A stretch of DNA of 64,000 nucleotides from Gammaproteobacteria bacterium (GCA_963422205.2 CAXMWX010000001.1:256001-320000), one strand, 5' to 3'. Shown: positions 51,125 to 61,324, counted from the stretch's first letter. Notes: generated from the sequence alone by a model not told the origin. Numbers and translations are program-made.

Positions 51125-51154
51125 CCTTCCTGTGCGTGTCAGCACGCAGACAGG
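51125..51154. repeat. 30-bp palindromic micro-element just upstream of the IS1595 start codon
   Basis: CCTTCCTGTGCGTGTCAGCACGCAGACAGG. Confidence 0.8.
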
Positions 51155-51407
51155 GAAGCGTAGCACCCATCTGGTAGGGCTTAACTTCCTATGATCCAAA
51201 CAGGATAAAAATCCAGCCATGCCAGCGGCAGCGGGCTGTGCTGTAGCAAGGCCGGGCAGGACGGCAGAACCTCGCCGGCCTCTTCAGACATCCCCCCATC
51301 CGCCTGCTGGAACAACGCTACCGTGCTCATATCCTCTGTATCCCCTGACATCTGCCCCGTTATATTGCCTAAGACAGGCACAACACGCTGCAATATAATG
51401 GCGCACT

Positions 51408-52394
51408 ATGCGTATGCTGACCCAAGTCGGCCTGGTGGCCGGTCTGCTGTTGCTTATCGGCCTGCTGGCCTGGCAGGGTGTGCTGGATATTTTGGCGCTG
51501 CTGCTGGCCTCTGGCTGGTGGCTGCTGGCCCTGCCGTTTGTCTGGCTGCCCAGCCTGCTGGTCGCAACCCAGGGCTGGTTATGCGTGTTCCCCGAAGGTG
51601 CTGCCCCCCGTTATGTCCATGCACTGGTCGCTATGTGGGTAGGCCGGGCGGTCAACGATCTGCTGCCGGTTGCCACCATCGGCGGTGAGATCATCAAGGC
51701 ACGTATGTTGTTCATCAAGGGATATGCGGGGCTGGATGCAGCGGCCTCGGTGATGGTGGACAAGGCAGTACAGGCCCTGTCGGTGGCCTGCTGGGGCTGC
51801 ATCGGCGTGCTCGTATTGTTGATGATTTCACGCCACGCCGAACTGGCCGGTTATGCCGTTATCGGTTTTCTCATTTTGAGCATTTCGGCCATGATCTTCA
51901 TGCGTATGCAGCATCTGGGCATCTTGGGTGTGCTGGCAAAATCAGGCGGCCGGCTGATTAAAACCGATAGCTGGCGGGGATTGACCCTGAACGCACATCA
52001 GGTGGATGAGCGGATAAGGCAGCTCTATAGCCACCACCACCAGATCATCGGCTGCCTGCTGTTAAGAACCGCCTCGCTTGCACTGCAAACCCTGGAAGTC
52101 TGGCTGGCGTGCTATCTGTTAGGCCACCCCATCAGCCTGCCAGAAGCGGTCATGCTCAGGAGCCTGACCTCCACCTTGAGCGATATCGCCTTTATTATCC
52201 CCAATGCCTATGGCGTACAGGAAGGCGCTTTCATTATCATCGGCAGCATGATAGGGCTGAGTGCGGAGCTTGCTCTGGCGCTTTCCCTGTCGCTTCGAAT
52301 TCGTGATCTGTTGCTGGACCCGGCCGGGCTTATCTACCTGCAACACCTCGAAAGTCGGCGCTACCTTGCCCAAAAAAAACTGGCATCGGGCTGA
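51408..52394 (+). CDS. HpnL-like lysylphosphatidylglycerol-synthase-domain (flippase-like) membrane protein
   Basis: AVNDLLPVATIGGE, AFIIPNAYGVQEG; many TM segments; hopanoid gene context. Confidence 0.75.
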   Translation: MRMLTQVGLVAGLLLLIGLLAWQGVLDILALLLASGWWLLALPFVWLPSLLVATQGWLCVFPEGAAPRYVHALVAMWVGRAVNDLLPVATIGGEIIKARMLFIKGYAGLDAAASVMVDKAVQALSVACWGCIGVLVLLMISRHAELAGYAVIGFLILSISAMIFMRMQHLGILGVLAKSGGRLIKTDSWRGLTLNAHQVDERIRQLYSHHHQIIGCLLLRTASLALQTLEVWLACYLLGHPISLPEAVMLRSLTSTLSDIAFIIPNAYGVQEGAFIIIGSMIGLSAELALALSLSLRIRDLLLDPAGLIYLQHLESRRYLAQKKLASG

Positions 52395-52468
52395 ATTGGC
52401 CGGGCATGGTGGTGATTTTTTGCGTATCGTTCGCAGTTTGTCATGCTGCCGTAACATTATAAAATACC

Positions 52469-53554
52469 ATGATGGCTACAGAGAAGACCTCGCCAGCCAA
52501 TGACCTGACGCAGGCTGAAGACTACCAGAACAGAATTCTGCAGGGCGTATCACGTACCTTTGCGCTGACTATCCCGCAACTGCCGGGGCCGCTGGCTTCT
52601 GTGGTCGGTAATGCCTATCTGCTGTGCCGCATTGCAGATACGATCGAAGATGATAAAGACCTGGCCTTTGAACAAAAGCGAAAATATGCCGATCTGTTTA
52701 TCCGCATCGTTGAAGGCCATGCGGCGGCGGATGATTTTGCCTCGGAGCTATCGGCCGCCCTCTCGCCCGGCAACAATGCCGCCGAGTTGGATCTGATTCG
52801 GAACACAGCCACAATCATTCGCATGACGCATTCATTTAATCCGCACCAGCGCCATGCCATGCAACGGTGTATACGTATCATGGCCGATGGTATGGCGAAA
52901 TATCAGGAAAACAGGGTTCACAATGGATTACAAAACCAGGCGGATATGGACAGCTATTGTTATTATGTGGCCGGTGTGGTTGGCGAGATGCTGACTGAAT
53001 TGTTCTGCGACTATTCAGCGGAGATAAACAACAACCGCAAAGCACTGGCCCGCTTGTCCTTGTCCTTTGGGCAGGGGCTGCAAATGACAAACATTCTAAA
53101 AGACATCTGGGATGATCACCGCAGAGGCATGTGCTGGCTGCCCCGCTCGGTCTTTGAGCAACACGGCTCCGGCATTGATGCGCTGAGGAAGGGCAACAAG
53201 GATAAAAATTTTCAAGCGGCGCTGGGACATTTGATCGGCGTTGCACATACGCATTTGCAACAGGCCCTGGCCTATACGCTGCTGCTGCCAGGGCATGAAA
53301 CCGGTCTTCGAAAGTTCTGTCTTTATGCCCTGGGCATGGCCGTGCTGACCTTACGCAAGATAAACCAACATCGGGATTACAGCACGGGCGAGCAGGTGAA
53401 GATCTCCCGAAGCAGTGTCAAGGCAACGATGATCAGCATGAATGTACTGGTTAGACATGACTATCTCCTAAGACAACTTTTCCGTCTGGCTACCCGGTCG
53501 CTGCCTCGCACAGCCTTGGCCGGAGAGTATATGCCGGCTTTGCAACAAGAGTGA
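52469..53554 (+). CDS. Squalene synthase (single-enzyme farnesyl-diphosphate farnesyltransferase type)
   Basis: VSRTFALTI, YLLCRIADTIEDD, YCYYVAGVVGEML, GLQMTNILKDIWDD. Confidence 0.88.
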   Translation: MMATEKTSPANDLTQAEDYQNRILQGVSRTFALTIPQLPGPLASVVGNAYLLCRIADTIEDDKDLAFEQKRKYADLFIRIVEGHAAADDFASELSAALSPGNNAAELDLIRNTATIIRMTHSFNPHQRHAMQRCIRIMADGMAKYQENRVHNGLQNQADMDSYCYYVAGVVGEMLTELFCDYSAEINNNRKALARLSLSFGQGLQMTNILKDIWDDHRRGMCWLPRSVFEQHGSGIDALRKGNKDKNFQAALGHLIGVAHTHLQQALAYTLLLPGHETGLRKFCLYALGMAVLTLRKINQHRDYSTGEQVKISRSSVKATMISMNVLVRHDYLLRQLFRLATRSLPRTALAGEYMPALQQE

Positions 53555-53561
53555 ACACACG

Positions 53562-54269
53562 GTGACCCGGCTTGGCATTATCTGTGCGCTAAAACAAGAG
53601 GCCAAGGTCTTCATCAGCGGTCAATTAACTGCACAAACACTGCTGCCGGTTGATGAGAAGATCATCGTCATCTTATCGGGCATGGGTTTGGATAACGCAG
53701 AACAGATGGCATACAAATTAGTTGCACAAAACATTCAGTGTCTGATCAGCTTCGGCACAGCCGGCGGTTTGTCAGAGGCCCTGAAGGCGGGCGATATTTG
53801 CATCCCTGAGACAGTCAAAGATGACAGGCAATATGCAGCCCGTATCGACAATGCCTATCGGCAGCGATTGATAACCTCACTCATACATGCACAGCATCCC
53901 GTCCACACCGGCCCGTTGTTAAGCATGGGCAACATGATGGTAAGCTGCCGTGAAAAACAACAAACATACGCCCGCTATCAATGCGATCTCGTGGATATGG
54001 AATCGGCCGCTATCGTTCGCATCGCCGCCATACATCATCTCCCGGCATTGGTCATACGGTGTATTATTGATACGGCAGATACCTGCATTCCGGCATCGGT
54101 GTTGCAGCGCACAGGCAGCTTCGGGGATGTCAATCTGCCACGACTGGCAGCAGATCTGATACACCACCCCGCAGATATCATAAAATTAATCCAGCTTGCC
54201 TCGGCCTTTAAAAAAACCCGGCGCTGCCTGCAACTGCTTGGCAGACACACCGTGGCGCTGGCGGCCTGA
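53562..54269 (+). CDS. hpnG: Hopanoid-associated nucleoside phosphorylase
   Basis: LGIICALKQEA, ISFGTAGGL, VDMESAA, IRCIID; hopanoid context. Confidence 0.75.
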   Translation: MTRLGIICALKQEAKVFISGQLTAQTLLPVDEKIIVILSGMGLDNAEQMAYKLVAQNIQCLISFGTAGGLSEALKAGDICIPETVKDDRQYAARIDNAYRQRLITSLIHAQHPVHTGPLLSMGNMMVSCREKQQTYARYQCDLVDMESAAIVRIAAIHHLPALVIRCIIDTADTCIPASVLQRTGSFGDVNLPRLAADLIHHPADIIKLIQLASAFKKTRRCLQLLGRHTVALAA

Positions 54270-54313
54270 AGTCATCGTCACTCCACGGCAATTAGCACGA
54301 TGCTGATGCAAAC

Positions 54314-56938
54314 ATGAACAACGGCAAAAAATTCGGTGTGCAGTTATTGTCCGTTTGGGTTGGATCGGTACAACGCCACAGCCTGGCTGTCTTGATCACC
54401 GCCACGGTCCTCGCCGGCCTCTGCCTTAACTATACGATGAATAATCTGGGCATGAACACCGACACCCTGGACATGCTGTCGAGCGATCTGCCCTGGCGCC
54501 AACTGGACAATCAGTACAAAAAAACCTTCCCCCAATACCGGGACCGCCTGGTCATTGTGATCGAAGCCCCTACCCCGGATCAGGCCAGCGATGCGGCGGA
54601 CTTTCTGCATCAACAGTTGCTGACCCGGGATGAGCTCTATGATGATATGTTCTACAAAGGGGCATTGCCCCCCTTCACAGACTCTGCCCTGCTATATCTT
54701 GGGCAGGACGAACTGGAGCAACTGGCCGATGATCTGGCGCACATTCAACCCTTCCTGGCCCGGCTGACCGAGAACCCGACTCTGGCCGGCCTGTTCGCCA
54801 TGCTAAGGCAGATCATCAATGCCATGGAGGAAGATGAATCGATCGAGATCACGCCGCTGCTGAACGCAATAAACACCAGCCTGGCCGCCAGCGAGACTGA
54901 TCCCGGCCACCGCCTGTCCTGGCAGGCATTGATGACGCCGGGCGGGGCTGAGAAAAGTCGCTACCGAGAATTTATCCTGCTAAAGTCTGCCCTTGATTAC
55001 AGCAGCCTGATGCCTGCTGATGACATCATCAAGGCCATTGGACGCCTGCGAGCAGAGACAAAATTGGAAGAGCGATACGGAGTCAAGCTGCGTGTTACCG
55101 GCGGCGTGGCATTACAACATGAAGAACTGCTTGCTGTCACGGAAGGCACCCAACTGGCCATGGGCCTCGCCCTGCTCATGGTGACCTGCATCCTGTTACT
55201 GGGGTTGCGCTCCGTCAGGCTGCTGCTGTTTACGATCTTCAGCCTGCTGATCGGGCTCATCGTCACCGCCGCATTTGCCACACTGACTGTAGGCCAGTTA
55301 AACCTCATCTCGGTGGCCTTTACCGTGCTTTATATTGGCCTGGGGGTCGATTTCGCGATCCACTTTTGCCTGCGTTATCAGGAACATATACGCCACCAGG
55401 CCAGCAATGAGGCGGCATTGACGGAAACGGCGACCCACATAGGAAGTTCGCTGTTTATTTGTGCATTGAGTACCGCCGTGGGTTTTTTCTCCTTTATGCC
55501 GACAGACTACCAGGGAGTTGCCGAGTTAGGCTGGATCGCTGGCTTCGGCATGTTTTTCAGTTTTCTCTTTACCCTGACCCTGCTGCCTGCCTTGCTCACA
55601 TTATTCCCCTTAAAAATGCAGCCTACCCATCATCGCCCGCCATCCCCGCTGCCGGGAAGGCTTGGCAACTTCCCCGGTCGCCACAGTAAACCGATCATCG
55701 CCGTCACCAGCCTGTTGCTCATCGCTGCCCTGATCATGGTCACCGATATCCGCTTTGATCCCAACACCCTGAACCTGCAGGACCCGAACAGTGAATCGCT
55801 CAAGGCCTACCGAGACCTGCTGGCTGATAAATCGACCTCGCCCTGGACGGCGATCGCCCTGGCGCAGGATCGGGCGGAAGCCGAGGCCATGATCGCCGCA
55901 CTCTCCAGCTTGGACACAGTGGATAAAAGCCGGTACCTCCATGACTTCATCCCCGCCATGCAGGATGAGAAGCTGGCTATCATTGATGAACTGGGGCTGT
56001 TGCTCGGTGAGCTGGACATGACAGAAAATACCGCCACTGCCGATCCTGCAAAAGACCGGGCGGCTATTGATGCGTTGCTGGCAACACTGGCAGGCACTGA
56101 CAGGGCGATACAAAGCCCGGCGCTGATGAGCCAACTGATGACCTTGCAAACCCACCTGAGACGCCTGCAACAGGCAGATGACAGCCGATTGACGCTGCTA
56201 AAGAAAAGCCTGCTGGATACACTGCCGGGGCGGATTAAGGCACTCAAGCGCTCGCTTGATGCCGATTATATCACCCTGGAGACGCTGCCCGCCGCATTAC
56301 GCAAACGCTGGCTAAGTGATGATGGGCATTACCGTATCGAGATTTTTCCCCGCAACGACCTGCAAGATGGGCGGGCGATGCGGGAATTTGTGGAGAGAAT
56401 ACAGGCCGTCAACCCCCAGGTAACGGGCTCACCTGTGGTCAAACTGCACGCCAGTGATTCTGTCGCCATGTCTTTCAAGCAGGCTTTTTTGTATGCCCTC
56501 ATCGTCATCACCCTGATACTGTTGCTGCTGTGTCGGCAAAAGACAGATGTTATCTTTATCCTGGCGCCGATGCTCATGGCCGCCGTCTTTACTGCCGCCA
56601 TCACGACGCTTCTGGGTATGCCGTTGAACTTTGCCAATGTCATCGCCCTGCCGTTATTGCTCGGCATCGGGGTAGATAGCGGGATCCATATCATGCACCG
56701 CTTTCGTACCGACCTGCCTGCCGATGGCAATATATTACACAGCAGCACGGCCCGCGGCGTGTTTATCAGCGCCTTAACGACGATGGTCGGTATCGGCAAT
56801 CTGGCCATATCACCCCATGCCGGCACAGCCAGCATGGGAATTTTACTCGCCTGCGGGATAGGCATGACGATGTTATGTATGCTGGTGGTATTGCCGGCCT
56901 TGCTTTCCTTGACAGGCCGGCAAACGGTAAAGACATGA
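54314..56938 (+). CDS. hpnN: Hopanoid RND/MMPL transporter
   Basis: LNLISVAFTVLYIGLGVDFAIH, GVAELG.IAG, NFANVIALPLLLGIGVDSGIH. Confidence 0.88.
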   Translation: MNNGKKFGVQLLSVWVGSVQRHSLAVLITATVLAGLCLNYTMNNLGMNTDTLDMLSSDLPWRQLDNQYKKTFPQYRDRLVIVIEAPTPDQASDAADFLHQQLLTRDELYDDMFYKGALPPFTDSALLYLGQDELEQLADDLAHIQPFLARLTENPTLAGLFAMLRQIINAMEEDESIEITPLLNAINTSLAASETDPGHRLSWQALMTPGGAEKSRYREFILLKSALDYSSLMPADDIIKAIGRLRAETKLEERYGVKLRVTGGVALQHEELLAVTEGTQLAMGLALLMVTCILLLGLRSVRLLLFTIFSLLIGLIVTAAFATLTVGQLNLISVAFTVLYIGLGVDFAIHFCLRYQEHIRHQASNEAALTETATHIGSSLFICALSTAVGFFSFMPTDYQGVAELGWIAGFGMFFSFLFTLTLLPALLTLFPLKMQPTHHRPPSPLPGRLGNFPGRHSKPIIAVTSLLLIAALIMVTDIRFDPNTLNLQDPNSESLKAYRDLLADKSTSPWTAIALAQDRAEAEAMIAALSSLDTVDKSRYLHDFIPAMQDEKLAIIDELGLLLGELDMTENTATADPAKDRAAIDALLATLAGTDRAIQSPALMSQLMTLQTHLRRLQQADDSRLTLLKKSLLDTLPGRIKALKRSLDADYITLETLPAALRKRWLSDDGHYRIEIFPRNDLQDGRAMREFVERIQAVNPQVTGSPVVKLHASDSVAMSFKQAFLYALIVITLILLLLCRQKTDVIFILAPMLMAAVFTAAITTLLGMPLNFANVIALPLLLGIGVDSGIHIMHRFRTDLPADGNILHSSTARGVFISALTTMVGIGNLAISPHAGTASMGILLACGIGMTMLCMLVVLPALLSLTGRQTVKT

Positions 56939-57555
56939 AACCGGGCAAACCCCGCAGGAAAGCATTAGATGCACATCTGGCCTGCCTGCTGGTGTATCCG
57001 CTGCGTCATACCCGAATAACGCCGAACCATCTGACGACTTTGCGACTGGGCTTTGGGCTGGCAGCCGCAGGGCTGATCGCCCAGGGCACGTATCTGTTGA
57101 TCAACTTAGGTGCCTTGTGTTTTGTATTCTCATTTTTTCTTGACCACACCGATGGCGAACTCGCCCGCCTGACCGGCCGGATGAGCCAATTCGGCCACGC
57201 CTATGATCTGTTGAGCGATCTGCTGATCAACACGCTCTTGTTCATCAGCATCGGCATTGGCCTGATGCGTACTGGTATGGAACATGCGGCGGGCATGGGG
57301 CTGCTGGCCGGGCTCTCGGTGCTGCTGGCCGTTATTTATCACGACCGGCTGGTGCAACTGTCCGCCGAAGCCAAAGACAACACCGCCGCCAGCGGCCAGT
57401 ATGTTGAACTTGAAGACATCTTGTATCTGTTTCCATTGATTACCTTGTTCGATCAACTGCCGCTGTTCCTTGCAGCCGCTGCCATCGGTGCACCGCTCTT
57501 CGCCCTGTGGGTATTGGCACGATGCTTCATCTTCACGCCGGGGAAAACCAAATGA
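56935..57555 (+). CDS. CDP-alcohol phosphatidyltransferase family protein
   Basis: ITPNHLT, DHTDGELARLTG..SQFG..YD..SD signature. Confidence 0.85.
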   Translation: MKPGKPRRKALDAHLACLLVYPLRHTRITPNHLTTLRLGFGLAAAGLIAQGTYLLINLGALCFVFSFFLDHTDGELARLTGRMSQFGHAYDLLSDLLINTLLFISIGIGLMRTGMEHAAGMGLLAGLSVLLAVIYHDRLVQLSAEAKDNTAASGQYVELEDILYLFPLITLFDQLPLFLAAAAIGAPLFALWVLARCFIFTPGKTK

Positions 57556-58547
57556 CGACACTGGTGACCGGTGCCAGCGGTTTTGTTGGTTCAGCCATCG
57601 TCAGGGCGCTGCTCAATGCTGGCCATCGGGTGCGTATATTGCTTCGGCCCGGGAGCGATCACAGGAATATCAAGGCGCTTGATGTGGAACCCGTATACGG
57701 CGATTTGACCGATGCGGAGTCGCTGAAAAAAGCGGTTTCAGCCTGTCGCTATCTGCTGCACGCTGCCGCTGACTACCGCCTGTGGATACCTGATCCAAAA
57801 AACATGTACCGCATCAATGTCGATGGCACGGCGAATTTGATCCGCCTCGCAACCGCAGCCGGGGTAGAGAAAATTGTCTATACCAGCAGTGTCGCCACAT
57901 TGGGCATACATGCAGACCGAACACCGGCTGATGAGACCACCCCGGCTGCCCTGTCGGCGATGGTCGGTCACTACAAGCGCTCCAAATTTCTGGCCGAAGA
58001 ACGCATAGGCCAGTTGATCGGCGAGCAGGGCTGCCCGGTGACGATCGTCAATCCCTCCACACCGATTGGCCCCCGGGACATCAAGCCCACCCCCACCGGT
58101 CGCATCATCGTCGATATGTTAAATCAAAAGCTCCCCGCTTATGTGGATACGGGTTTAAATATTGTTCACGTTGATGACGTTGCCGCCGGGCATCTGCTGG
58201 CACTTGAAAAAGGCCAGACAGGCGAGCGCTATATCCTCGGTGGTGAGGATATGAGCTTGCAGCAGATCCTGGCAACGATTGCCGACCTGGCCGGTATGCG
58301 CCCCCCTAAAATCCGCCTGCCTCATCACCTGGTCATGCCGGTCGCCTGGCTCAGCGAGCGGTTGGCAAAAGTCACCGGGAAAGAACCGCTGGCCACCGTT
58401 GATGGGGTCAGGATGGCAAAGAAATACATGTACTTCTCCAGCGCAAAAGCTGTTGATTTACTGGCCTACCGTTACCGCCCGGCACGGCAAGCCATCAGCG
58501 ATGCGATTAACTGGTTCATCATGCACGGCTATGTGGCGGGCAGATGA
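57552..58547 (+). CDS. hpnA: Hopanoid-associated NAD-dependent epimerase/dehydratase
   Basis: TGASGFVG, HAAADYRLW, GHYKRSK, GPRDIKPTPTG, AYVDTGLN. Confidence 0.88.
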   Translation: MTTLVTGASGFVGSAIVRALLNAGHRVRILLRPGSDHRNIKALDVEPVYGDLTDAESLKKAVSACRYLLHAAADYRLWIPDPKNMYRINVDGTANLIRLATAAGVEKIVYTSSVATLGIHADRTPADETTPAALSAMVGHYKRSKFLAEERIGQLIGEQGCPVTIVNPSTPIGPRDIKPTPTGRIIVDMLNQKLPAYVDTGLNIVHVDDVAAGHLLALEKGQTGERYILGGEDMSLQQILATIADLAGMRPPKIRLPHHLVMPVAWLSERLAKVTGKEPLATVDGVRMAKKYMYFSSAKAVDLLAYRYRPARQAISDAINWFIMHGYVAGR

Positions 58548-58561
58548 CACCCAGGCAACGT

Positions 58562-59632
58562 TCAGGGATGGCTTCTCTCAAGCAGCCAGTGCGCGATCAG
58601 CGGCGCTAGCTTGCTTTGGCTGGTACGGCTTACATACAGGCCGATATGACCACAGTCAAGTTCCACTTCAGTGTAATCCTGGCTGCTGATGCAACCCGCC
58701 AGGGCCTTAGCTGAGTCCACCGGCACAATGTGATCAGTCCTGGCATAGATATTCAACACAGGCAGGGTCAGCGTTTGCAAATCAACAGTATGCCGGGCTA
58801 ACTGCAACTCGCCCTTGATCAGGAGATTTTGTTGATAAAAATATTCGATGAACTCCTGATACGCCCGACCCACCTGATCCGGGCTATCGAAGATCCACTT
58901 CTCCATACGCATAAAGTTTTTGATCTTCCCGGCATCCTCAACCACCTCAAGCAGATCAAAATATTTTCTATCCAGTAACTGATACGGCTTTAGCATAAGG
59001 AAGGTCCAGTTCAGAAACTCGCCCGGGATGTTGCCCATGGCCTCAACGCTGAGTTCAGCATCGACATACTGCACCAGATGGCTGAGCAAATCCTTGTCGG
59101 TCTTAAAATCAACCGGCGTTACCGTGGTCATGAGATTCGCAATCTTGTGCTGGTGCAGGCTGCTGTAGCACAGGCTCAAGGTGCCGCCCTGGCAAATACC
59201 GAGCAGGTTTATCCTGCTGGTGTTGTGTTGGTGTCTGATAAAATCAACCGCCCGGTCAAGGTAGCCGTTGACATAATCATTCAAGCCAAGCGCCTGATCA
59301 GCGGCATCTGGATAACCCCAGTCAAGCAGGTAAATCTCCAGCCCCTGGTGCAGCAGGCTTTCTATCAGGGAGCGGCCGGTCTCCAGATCGACCATATACG
59401 GCCTGTTGACCAGGGCATAAACGATCATGACAGGCGGCACCTCTGCCAGCCGTCTCTCCGGTTGATAGCGATACAGACACACCTTGTCCTGTGCAAACAC
59501 CTGCTCTTTCTCAGAAGCCCCCACATCCAGCGCTGAAATCTCTGCCAGGGCCTGGAAGCCGGCGGCAATTTTCTTATTTATCTGCTCCAGTTCTGACTGA
59601 ATCGCATGGCGATGGAAATTAAACCTGCTCAT
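58562..59632 (-). CDS. phaC: Class III polyhydroxyalkanoate synthase subunit
   Basis: VYALVNRPYMVDL, LGICQGG lipase box, MEKWIFDSPDQ, DHIVP, GHIG. Confidence 0.93.
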   Translation of the reverse strand: MSRFNFHRHAIQSELEQINKKIAAGFQALAEISALDVGASEKEQVFAQDKVCLYRYQPERRLAEVPPVMIVYALVNRPYMVDLETGRSLIESLLHQGLEIYLLDWGYPDAADQALGLNDYVNGYLDRAVDFIRHQHNTSRINLLGICQGGTLSLCYSSLHQHKIANLMTTVTPVDFKTDKDLLSHLVQYVDAELSVEAMGNIPGEFLNWTFLMLKPYQLLDRKYFDLLEVVEDAGKIKNFMRMEKWIFDSPDQVGRAYQEFIEYFYQQNLLIKGELQLARHTVDLQTLTLPVLNIYARTDHIVPVDSAKALAGCISSQDYTEVELDCGHIGLYVSRTSQSKLAPLIAHWLLERSHP

Positions 59633-60651
59633 CAGCCTTTATCCTGCTCATCGGCCAGATGACTGCCGGATGTCTGCATAAAATTTTTCAACTCATCAAG
59701 CTCGCTGGTTAAATCATCAATATCAAGCTGATTTGCCGTTGATGCGTGTTCGGGTGGCTGAGGGTCTGCTTCCGCTGCGTCCTGTTGTTCGAGCAAAGAT
59801 GCCGGCTTGATCTGATCGGCAGCCGTAAATAACTTGGCCGCATCTTCTGATAACTGGTTCAGTTCTCTCTTCAGGCGCATAAAACTGTTGATCATGGCCG
59901 CAAACGCCTTTGCATGCTGATCGGTAAAGACGATTTCCTGGTAGGCATGTGCATGACAGTCAATCCAGAGATGGTAGAGCGTCTTGACACGCTCAATCTG
60001 CCCGTCTGATGTGAATAACTCAACCAGTGCCTGCCTGAATTTCTGCACAGCAAGCCGGCCTGCCCCGGTCAGGCTGGCCTCATAGGCAGTAAATGCCCGG
60101 CTGTATTCCCGCCATAAATCAAGCAATGTATGCAGCTCATCCATGACTTGCCCGCTGATGGTCTTGTGGTTGGTCAGCTCTGCCAGTTGTCGCTCAAAAT
60201 CCTGATCAAGATCATGCACGCATACCGAATGGACAAATTCCTGCCAGTAATTCTGCAACGGATGGATTGCACAGGCAAAACCGAGATGCCACATCACCCC
60301 CTGGTTGAGGGGCTGCCATTGCTGTGCCATGTAGTCGCAGAATTGATCAACCGCCGAGTCGATAGTGGGCTGTTCCTGCCGCTTCAGGTCATGAAAAAAT
60401 TTCCCGACATGCTGATAAAAGGCGTTGACTTTATCAGACTGCAACAGCAAATTGCTGAAAACCGGAAAAGCCTCACGCGTGAAAACCGCCGCCGCGGCCT
60501 GATTAAGCTGCTGAAAAAAAATCGACTCTGGCTGACTGGCAGGCTGGTCCTGTGCCTGTAGTGTCACGAAGTATTGATTAACCGCATTCAGATACTGCGT
60601 CTGCGCCTTCAGGGCTTCAGAGGACCAGGCGTTGTTATCATCGAACTGCAT
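59632..60651 (-). CDS. phaE: Class III PHA synthase PhaE subunit (divergent)
   Basis: LYHLWIDC..AYQE, MINSFMRLK; translationally coupled to phaC. Confidence 0.75.
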   Translation of the reverse strand: MQFDDNNAWSSEALKAQTQYLNAVNQYFVTLQAQDQPASQPESIFFQQLNQAAAAVFTREAFPVFSNLLLQSDKVNAFYQHVGKFFHDLKRQEQPTIDSAVDQFCDYMAQQWQPLNQGVMWHLGFACAIHPLQNYWQEFVHSVCVHDLDQDFERQLAELTNHKTISGQVMDELHTLLDLWREYSRAFTAYEASLTGAGRLAVQKFRQALVELFTSDGQIERVKTLYHLWIDCHAHAYQEIVFTDQHAKAFAAMINSFMRLKRELNQLSEDAAKLFTAADQIKPASLLEQQDAAEADPQPPEHASTANQLDIDDLTSELDELKNFMQTSGSHLADEQDKG

Positions 60652-60859
60652 GTCTCTAGGCTGCCAGGCCGGTTTTGCATGGCAGATCATCGGCCACGGT
60701 GAAATCCCTCAAATCAACAGGGTGAAGGGACAGTATACCCCTTAAATAGCGGCCGTTATGAATAGGCACAAAACGGCCACGGCCTGCAACAAGATGCCGA
60801 CAATGGCGAGGCAGCCGCCCGCCGGATAACAGATTCCGGCGAGCAGATTCAACCAATCG

Positions 60860-61288
60860 CTATGCCGGTCTCCTCGCCGCCCTGCTTTTTGCCGTTTTCT
60901 TCCGGGTTTTTTTGACCGGCTGATCAACGGCTGCCGGGGTTGCTGGCGCTGTTGCTGGTGATGCTTCGGCCGGCCCCGGCAGGATATCCTGATAACCTGT
61001 GGTCACCGTCTGCAACCACGCCTGGCCGATGCGGCTGGCCTTGCTCTGGTATTGCTGCATCAAGTCCGTCTCTGCCACAAAAAAATCCTGGCTGCTTGCC
61101 GGGTCGGTCAACAACTTGAACTGCTCTATGCCCGTATCGACATGCAGCGTCATCAGCTCCCAGTGCAACCGCCCCAGATGATCGCATGTGTTGATATGGG
61201 CGGCGTTGAACGCCGTCATGGACGTGATTGCCGGGGAATCCGCTGCGGACAGGTGGGGGACAAGGTTTGAATAAAGTTCTGTATACAT
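60860..61288 (-). CDS. phaP: Phasin-family granule protein with Ala/Pro/Lys-rich tail
   Basis: Helical core, PATAPATPAA..KKTRKKTAK tail; upstream of phaEC. Confidence 0.6.
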   Translation of the reverse strand: MYTELYSNLVPHLSAADSPAITSMTAFNAAHINTCDHLGRLHWELMTLHVDTGIEQFKLLTDPASSQDFFVAETDLMQQYQSKASRIGQAWLQTVTTGYQDILPGPAEASPATAPATPAAVDQPVKKTRKKTAKSRAARRPA

Positions 61289-61307
61289 GGTCAGTCTGCC
61301 GATAATG

Positions 61308-61324
61308 ATTGTGCAGCGCACAAT
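61308..61324. promoter_or_regulatory. Putative PhaR operator
   Basis: Palindrome ATTGTGC-AGC-GCACAAT 20 bp upstream of the phasin start. Confidence 0.65.

Larger units (their letters stand above)
50485..51180 (-). mobile_element. IS1595-family (ISXO2-like) transposase pseudogene, 3' truncated; outer end approximate
   Basis: AVEVDESCFG, RGKRGRGA..KTLVFGLL.R.G, LHSEDWRG, HFRVVHG.NAFA, HIHGMEPFW; start 51120 frameshifted. Confidence 0.85.
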
